The translations under genes and the position numbers were made by a program. 64,000 bases of DNA from Azolla caroliniana (taxonomy: Eukaryota; Plantae; Polypodiophyta), in assembly GCA_043228905.1 (NCBI GenBank), contig JBHGNT010000020.1, positions 2,604,001 to 2,668,000 on the forward strand, written 5' to 3'. The notes below the pieces were generated by a model. The model saw only the letters and a program-made list of their open reading frames with translations, was not told the DNA's origin and did no database searches. Positions 56,335-64,000 of the stretch are shown here, in pieces (positions within the stretch are counted from its first letter, which is position 1; the number at the start of each line of letters is the position of its first letter).

Positions 56335-59300
56335 CATACCACACGAGAAAAGGACAAAGCTCGCCCCCCATTCGAAAAAATGCATCTTTCTCGGATATGG
56401 GATAGAGGAGAACTTCGGCTTTCAACTATGGGAGCCAGAGAATAGGAAGTTGATCCAAAGTAACGATGTAGTCTTCAATGAAGACTCAATCAGCTCAGTC
56501 CGAACAAAGCCCCGACCCAGCAAGAGGGTTAGTTTTGACTTTTCTCCCACCGTGTTTGAGGAAGAAATGCCAAATGTTGAACCCAGTTGACCAACTGATT
56601 CGAATGAGAGCTCGTAGAGATAACTCCGAGTAATATGCTGACCGAATGATCTGAACCGACAATGACACAAACGAGTTGGCTGAATACTCCCATGACAGAC
56701 AACAGGGGTAGATCCGACACAGACGCAAGAAATTTGCCATAGTGGATCACCATCAAGATCTCCATCAAATAAGGGTTCAAACAATGCCAACCGACCACCC
56801 GTAGCGGTCGAAGAAATTGAACCAATCAATTTGGCACCAAGGAGATCTGGACGAGTCCGAAAGCCGAAAGAGTTCTATCAACTGGCTTGGACTACATCAA
56901 TTATATGGACGCATGCGAACCGTGCTCATATGAAGAAGTTATCGCTGCGTCGGATGCCGAAACATTGCACAAGGCCATGCTATTCAAAATGGACTCAATT
57001 TTAAGGAAAATGACACATGGGAGCTAGTCGAATTACCAACTAGCAGAAAGTTGCTGCCTTGCAAATGGGTGTACATATACAAATATGTATCTGGTTCGGA
57101 TCAACCCAAATACAAAGCTTGGCTCATCACAAAGGGATTCGAACAAGAACATGGAGTCAACTACAATGAGATCCTCTCACCCATAGTCAAGATCACAACC
57201 CTTCGGCTCCTACTAGGAGTCGTCGTGACAGAAGACCTCGAGCTTGAACAAATGGACGTAAAGAAGGCTTTCTTGCATGGAGATATGGAGGAAGACATTT
57301 ACATGTCTCAAATGGCAGGCTTCATGACGACGGAGGAGGAAGGTCACCTCGTATGCTGACTGAAGAAAAGCCATTACGGCTTGAAGTAAGCGCTGAGATT
57401 GTGGTACTAGAAGTTTGACTCCCACATTCGGCAACTTGGATACAACCGATCTAACTCCAACCCATGTATGTATGTACAAGAATTATTCGATGAGTCCAAG
57501 ATATATTTGATCCTTTATGTGGACAACATGCTCGTTCTAGGAAGTGATAGATTTGAAATCAAGGAGCTAACGATGAAGGAACTCTACGAAGCCCAACATA
57601 TCTTGGGCATGAGGATAGAGCGAGACAAGACGAAGAGGATCCTACATCTCTCCCAATCTGAGTATATCCAAAAGGTGCTGAGGCGGTTCAACATGGACAA
57701 GTCGAAGCTTGCACCAACATCGCTTCCGATGTCGATCCGACTATTGGATAGAGAGTCTCCCTCCACAGAGTAGAGACAGAACAGATAAGAAAGATACCCT
57801 ATGCATGGGCATTAGGAAGTCTCATGTATGCGGTGGTAGCCAGCCGACCCGACCTTGCACATGCCGTAGGAGCTACCAACCGCTACATGTTGAATCCAGG
57901 GAGGAAGCACTGGGAAGCAATAAAGCACATATTCCATTATCTTCGAGGAACCAAGAGTATGCAACTAACATTCAGACTGAACCATTCAAAGTATTTCTAG
58001 AAAATGTTTTATTATGCTCGTAAGGCATTAATGTTTGACATTCTATCAAAATGTCAATAGCTGGTTGAATGGAAGTGTCGGTCACAACTCATTGTTTAAT
58101 AGTGTTTAGAGGTGATTGGTTATTGGTGATTTATTGTTGGAAATCTTCATATCTATCAACATATTATTTTATCGTACTTTAAAAAAAACATGTCTTTGTT
58201 GTTTTTAATGAGCCCCCCATGCCCAATACCCAAGTAAAACTTGAAAGATGAACAAGTGGAGCTTGGTGAAGCAAGAAATGGAAATACAAACCACATAGAC
58301 AATGTGCTTGATAGGGGAGCAAGAAAACAAGAAAACAGGGAAACGATAACTCAAAAATCTAAGAGAAATGAATAAACTAAGAATATTTGTTTAAATAAGA
58401 GTGCTACAAACCTAGGGACAATCTAAGAATATATAGAAATTAAACATCATCTTAAAAGAAACTTGAGATCTAAAGTAAGAACATGATAGCTACATGATTA
58501 TACTATGAAGTGAATCTATTGGACTTCATGACCTATGGATAAAAAATTTGGCTAGGTCCTTTACTCGAAAAAACTCACTTGGTTGAACAATTCATGAGCC
58601 AATTGTTGATTTAAGTTTTAGTCTTCAAATTCCTGAGGTTTTGTGGGGTAGATATGAGGCTATTTCTCAATTGTCTTCATAGGTACTAGACGGTTTGTTT
58701 TCATTACTAACAAAAGGTTCAAATGGTTGAAGATTGTCTTTGTCTCTCCAACCTTCAATGTTTTAGTTGTGATTGCTAGAGATGCCATGTTGTGAGGGAT
58801 ATAGTAACATCATCACATACTCCATAATATTTTTTTTATTGGGAACTAACACGCTTGAGGGTGTCTTTGTCCAATGATTTGGTGCATCTTGTATCTTAGT
58901 GTGCATTGGTAACAAGACTTGTTATTTTCCTTCATGCCATCATTGTGTTTTGGTTAAGATTTTTGTTAGTTCTACTCACACAGTGTTTAGGTTTATCACA
59001 ATAAGATGTTAACGTTGAAATAGTGATACATATGGCATGCAAGAACTTGTGGACAACTCCTTGTTAGTTCACATAGGTATATCTGGACCTCCTTGTAGAT
59101 TTCCTAGTGTGATCACTTTACAATAAACAATATAAAGAATGTGTATCAACAAATAAGTTGAACCACCAGTATGACCACCTGTTTTTAACATACATAAAAA
59201 CTAAAAAGGCTGACAAGCTTTCCTTTCTAAGATCACATGGAGTCCCAAAAGTGTGGGGGTTAAGCCATAAATGATGCACAAAAACCTACATGTAAAACAT

Positions 59301-60797
59301 CCCACAGCTTTTAATTTCCAAGAGATAACATGAAGGCACATGTAATATTAAGCAATAGAATGATATCACACAATATTTCAAACGACTATGCAGATGCATT
59401 AGTAGGTGGACACTATTTAATTAAAAATGAATCCCTGGTAAAGGTACCTAGAACTCGTTTGCAAACGTATCCTTTATATCTATGTATAGGTACTCAGCAT
59501 TAGTATTCAGATTTCAAAACAATCAGGAAGGCATGGAAACTTGAAAATTAGTTGTGTTCTACAGGGTTCTGATCTGATTTTGAAAAAAGCAACTACAAAA
59601 TCCTCATGGTGATAGCAAGAGATCAACTGTGGACATGACACAAAACATTAAAATGGAAGTGGTTTCCCCCAAGATAATATCTTCAATATCTCGTGTGAAC
59701 TCCCCCATGAAGTATAGTTGCATTATATTTAATGAGCTCTTATTGATGCCTATCACATATCTAACCAGAGCAAATATTGATACTACATGATGGGAAAAGC
59801 GTGAGCTTTAATCTTCAGAGCCAAGACAAATCCATGACAAGTTGTATAGGAAATAAAGAGAATAAGCATAATCATTACAACAAAAAGATGAATGCTTTTG
59901 TTTAGGAAATGAAGGGAAATGCAGAAGCATAATCACTAGAGCCACACAAACTCATTAATTCATTAAGTTGAAACAAAATACATAACACTGTAGTGCATCA
60001 GTTACACACAGCATGAAATAATTAAATTTGCATACAAATTAAAATGGCCGTATATCTTCTTTGTCTATTTAGTTAAAAGAAGTCATTCAAACTTTCGGGC
60101 ATGATGATGCATAAATAGTACATTGAGAAAGGCATACCATGGATTGGGCCTTTGAAATGAAGTGTGTTAAAAATACATGGTATGAAGTTCTCTTTCCGAA
60201 TAGAAGGTTAATGAAAGAACATTTAAAATTCACCAAAAGCACAGGATATTACTACGTATTATGATCTTCTAGTCATGTGTATGGCACAACAGGTTATTTG
60301 CTATATCACATGAAAGTGTCCGAGTGTATATATACTTCATTGCAAAGGTACTCCCACTCCCAAAATCAAAGCACATATACTCCACAACTTCATAGTAAGA
60401 TTTCGAATTTCTACTTGAGCGCTGATTGGATTAAACTTTCTATGTGACAATCTGAGCTCAAATTTTCAAAATTTGGCTTCTTGGTGAAAAACAAGATGGG
60501 GATAATCATCGAAGAAAAGAATTCATCAAAAAAGGGGTAGTAGTATTATTGATAGAATTATAGTACACAGAAGGGGGCCAAATCCACTAAGCTACTTGGA
60601 AGATTATATCATGTATTCCATATTTTCTTGCTGTAGATATTTACTATGGGAGAATTGTGGGAAGAATGGCATCATTCGAATTGAATGATATATTGTGTAA
60701 CAAAGAGACTTGTAAAGACGATTCAATTAAAAAGGAATTTCAACTACTAGAAGGCCTCTTACACACCTGTTTTAACATGGATTTTACTGGTTTTCAA

Positions 60798-63093
60798 TCA
60801 TCCCCATTTCTTTTCTGCCAAGCACAAAAGCTGCACAAAAGAAGACATCATCTCAGAAAATTGGCTCCTTAAAGACTACAATATAACAAAAACAATGAGA
60901 AATCAATTTCTCAAAAGACTACAATAATAACAAAGAAAAAAGCTGTGTATAAGAAAATCCCCAAATGATAAAGGAAAACAACTTAAAGAGAGGAATAAAG
61001 AGCCGCAGGAAAGCCACCGGATTCTAAATGAGAAAAACCAGGAATGACTATGAAGGCATAGAAAAAAATTGCACACAAGAAGATGCGAAATGTAAAAAAT
61101 AGGTACACAAGACCCCAAATCAAAATGCCAAGTTCATAAAGGAGCAAAAAGATTCACGAGAATATCTCAAAAGAGAAATCAGGTTCTTTAAAGACCACAC
61201 TTATGGATAGAGAAGTTAAAAGAGAGGAACAAACAGCTGCAGGAACGCCTGCGGATTCTAAATGAGAAAAACAAGGAATGACTATGAAGGCATAGAAAAA
61301 ATCTGCACACAAAAAGATGCTAAATGTAAAAATAGCTGCACAAGATCCCAAATCAAAATGCCAAGTTCATAAAGGAGCAAAAAGATTCACCAGAATATCT
61401 CAAATGGGAAATCAGGCTCTTTAAAGACCACCTTTATGGATAGAGAAGTTACACAACAAAATTCCAAATGAGAAAACCAGGTCCATAAAACAATATAAAA
61501 GGAAAAGCTACACCAAAATATCCCAAATGCAAAAATTACGCTCTTAAAGATCACAAACATAAAAAAGCTGCAAAAGCTATTTTAACAGTGTAAGAGTAAG
61601 ACCTGCCGTGCCCCTTGCAGTAGCCTTCTGCTATCTCTAGATGATTCAACAGAAAAGCCATCTTTTGTAGTGGTTGATTTTCCTATCCTTGTTCTCTTCA
61701 ATCTCTTTTGACTGGACTTCTCTAACATTCTACCATCATCTTCATCAAGCTTGGCCTTCTTTACAATTTTTCTTCCAACCCCAGAACTCACATTCCTCTG
61801 GAAAGACACTCCCATTCGTTTCATTCTAAGTCCTGTTCTACCTGGCTTTATGAATACATCTTCTCTTCTCATGGAGGGTGACATCTCTATTTGATGACGC
61901 TGAAGCTCTTGACCGAGGAAAGCTAATTCAGTAAGTGAAGTGGCCACCTCATAGTCAGGCCTTGCAAGTTCATTTGACTTTAAAAAACTTTCATCTCTTG
62001 ATTTATTGAGATTCGATTCTGAACCATTTCCATAAACATTTCTCAGTAGTTTCTCCTCCAAAACTTCGTTTTTTTGATAAGTCACAGAATTCTTGATTCG
62101 TAATACATCATCTGGAAGCATTGGAACATCAACCATCTCATTTCCCTTTCCTATATCAACTTTGGCTTGTAATTCCATTTCTCTCAATACTGTAAAGCCA
62201 GAACTATGAATACACTCGTTCATACTTGGACAAGGCTTCACCACTGCCAAACCATTGTTTTCCTTCTTTGCATATTGTTCACTTTTCATTCTATCCTTTC
62301 TCCTTACATAAATTCCCTTTATGGAACTATCTGAACCTCTAAAACTTCCAAAATTCTCATCACCTAAGTTTGGATGCTCGTCTAGCACCAGAGGCATGGT
62401 AGTTTCAAAACAATCAATACTTGAATCAACCCAATCTTTATGTTTATGATTTGTTTTTGTGTGATCCATCATCGCCTTGGGACCTATAACCATCATTCTG
62501 TTTGGTTCATCAACTGTTTCTACATGATCAGTGTTTGTGCTTCCAATTTGGAACAAGGGTCTTTCTTGTTTATTTTCTGGCATTGCATCCTCTGTATGGA
62601 GAACAGCTGCATCTTCAACTTTTTCAATAAGACAATTAGTTGGAATGTGCAATTCCATTTTCTCTTCATCCTTCACTGGTTCTGCAATTAGCTTTCTTCC
62701 ATCTTCTGTAGATGTAGCTGTGCCAATCAGAACATCAGGTTTGGCTACAGCATAGTGGACATCCTGGTGGGCTATTTGACTAAATGCATGCAATGAATAA
62801 TTTTCCATATTGGGACGAAACCTATTTTTGGGAGATTGCATATTCATATCATCTACTTCATCTCTCAAGAAATTCCCTCCACAAGCTACAGTTGTATCTG
62901 TCATTCTCTTTAATGTCTGTTGGTGGTCTCCACTGATTGGTTGTACCAACTTTTGCATCTTTTCTATTACCTCTCTCTTCTTTCTAAGCTCTAATTTCAA
63001 CCTCTTTGAGGTGTCTTGGGCTGTTATAAGCTTGGCCTCAGCATCCTGGGCCCTTCTTCTCTCTGCTAAGTACCTTTTTTCCATCTCTAAAAC
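60798..63093 (-). CDS. Last two coding exons (61603-63093, 60798-60830) of a conserved uncharacterised plant coiled-coil protein; 5' exons not identified
   Basis: 1491-bp exon with AG/GT borders. Spliced end ESSRDSRRLLQGARQ/LLCLAEKKWG* resembles a conserved plant C-terminal motif as I recall it. Confidence 0.78.
60985..61460. repeat. About 235-bp tandem duplication in the last intron
   Basis: ATTCTAAATGAGA at 61021 and 61256; AAATCAAAATGCCAAG at 61117 and 61351. Confidence 0.85.
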
Positions 63094-64000
63094 CTGAAAT
63101 CGAGGCACATGTCCTTAGTAAAAACATCACAGGAGAGCATAGCAGAAATTTCATAAAAATAGCGTGAGGGGAATGATATACTAAATAATGTTAGGACCTG
63201 AGGTTATTCTAGGATCTAGGTCAATACAAAATATAGGTAACAAAAAACACACAAACATTTGCGACCATGCCAAATAAAGAAATATAAATTAATGTCTGTA
63301 AAAGACCATAATTTAGCCAATCAGACCTGACAACGATCGCAACTGTTTGTGTTAGCTTGTCAATGTGAGTGAACGAAGGGAAATAAATGACTTTCTATGC
63401 TAGCTACCTAAAATTACATGTCTTGAAATGTAATAATGAATCATGAATAACCAACAATCATAGTGCCTAACCATTACTAAATAAAGATGGCATGTCTTCA
63501 TGAAGGAAATACACAGTATTTTATTTCTATTTTTCATATATATCTAGCATTTTGTTACTTTTAAGCATCAACATAGAAAGCAGTTGATGTACTTCATAAA
63601 AGAAGAAACGGAGGTTCTTGTTTATAATTGATCTTTTAATTTTGCATTGCTTTAAAGTTCACCATATAGAACTTCCAATGTGAAGAGAGTTCAGACAGTT
63701 GATCGCCTTTAACCACAGTTTCCAAAATTGAATCATGGGCTGGAACTAAAATTAAGCAAAAACGGAAGATCTTCAGTTGTGTTTGAATCTGATTTCCTTT
63801 TTCCACTCAGTTTTTTCTTTCCTCTTTTTCTCTAAAGCCTATAACGATTAGGAAAATACGATTTGTTTAGAGAATTGTGAAAAAATTTCCAAGTTTCAAA
63901 AAGCTTTAGGAGACACATGATAATCAAAAACTAATGTAAGACGATGTGGTGAATTTCTTATTGCTTTTTGCAAACTCAAAAGTGTCAAAAACTGATGGAG

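Larger units (their letters stand above)
50420..57980 (+). pseudogene. Element I: degenerate Copia pol (integrase, RT), host of element H
   Basis: SDNGGEY, FGCKAYVHI|PHEKRTKL across the insertion, LPCKWVY, QMDVKKAFLHG, LYVDNML. Confidence 0.85.

Noticed and set aside
58000-60700. AT-rich interval searched for genes or elements
   Set aside because: No ORF, terminal repeats or motifs I could support.

Overview
Eukaryotic, land-plant-type DNA. A non-seed plant such as a fern is suggested by the TE lineages, but this is inference. About 35 kb (1-35.4k) is a deeply nested stack of LTR retrotransposons. It contains a Tcn1/Tf1-like self-priming chromovirus, a chromodomain Gypsy and Copia remnants. 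It also contains a Gypsy family with a tRNA-Trp PBS and 4-bp TSDs, present as one formerly autonomous copy, two gag-only copies and several solo LTRs. A gene island follows: an intronless EID1-type F-box gene and a 7-exon Nudix-fold gene. Then comes a second Copia cluster, including an intact Copia with apparently identical LTRs, and the last two exons of a conserved plant coiled-coil gene. Most insertion boundaries were confirmed by TSDs and by restored reading frames in the host element. The most notable signals are: (1) antisense tRNA-like A-box/B-box cassettes in the U3 of four different LTR types from two Gypsy lineages; (2) every readable insertion site of the Trp-primed family is centred on a CpG; (3) a slippery heptamer plus pseudoknot placing a -1 frameshift between protease and RT; (4) gag-only satellite elements; (5) a Tf1-like self-primer. 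All calls were made by eye, with no database search.
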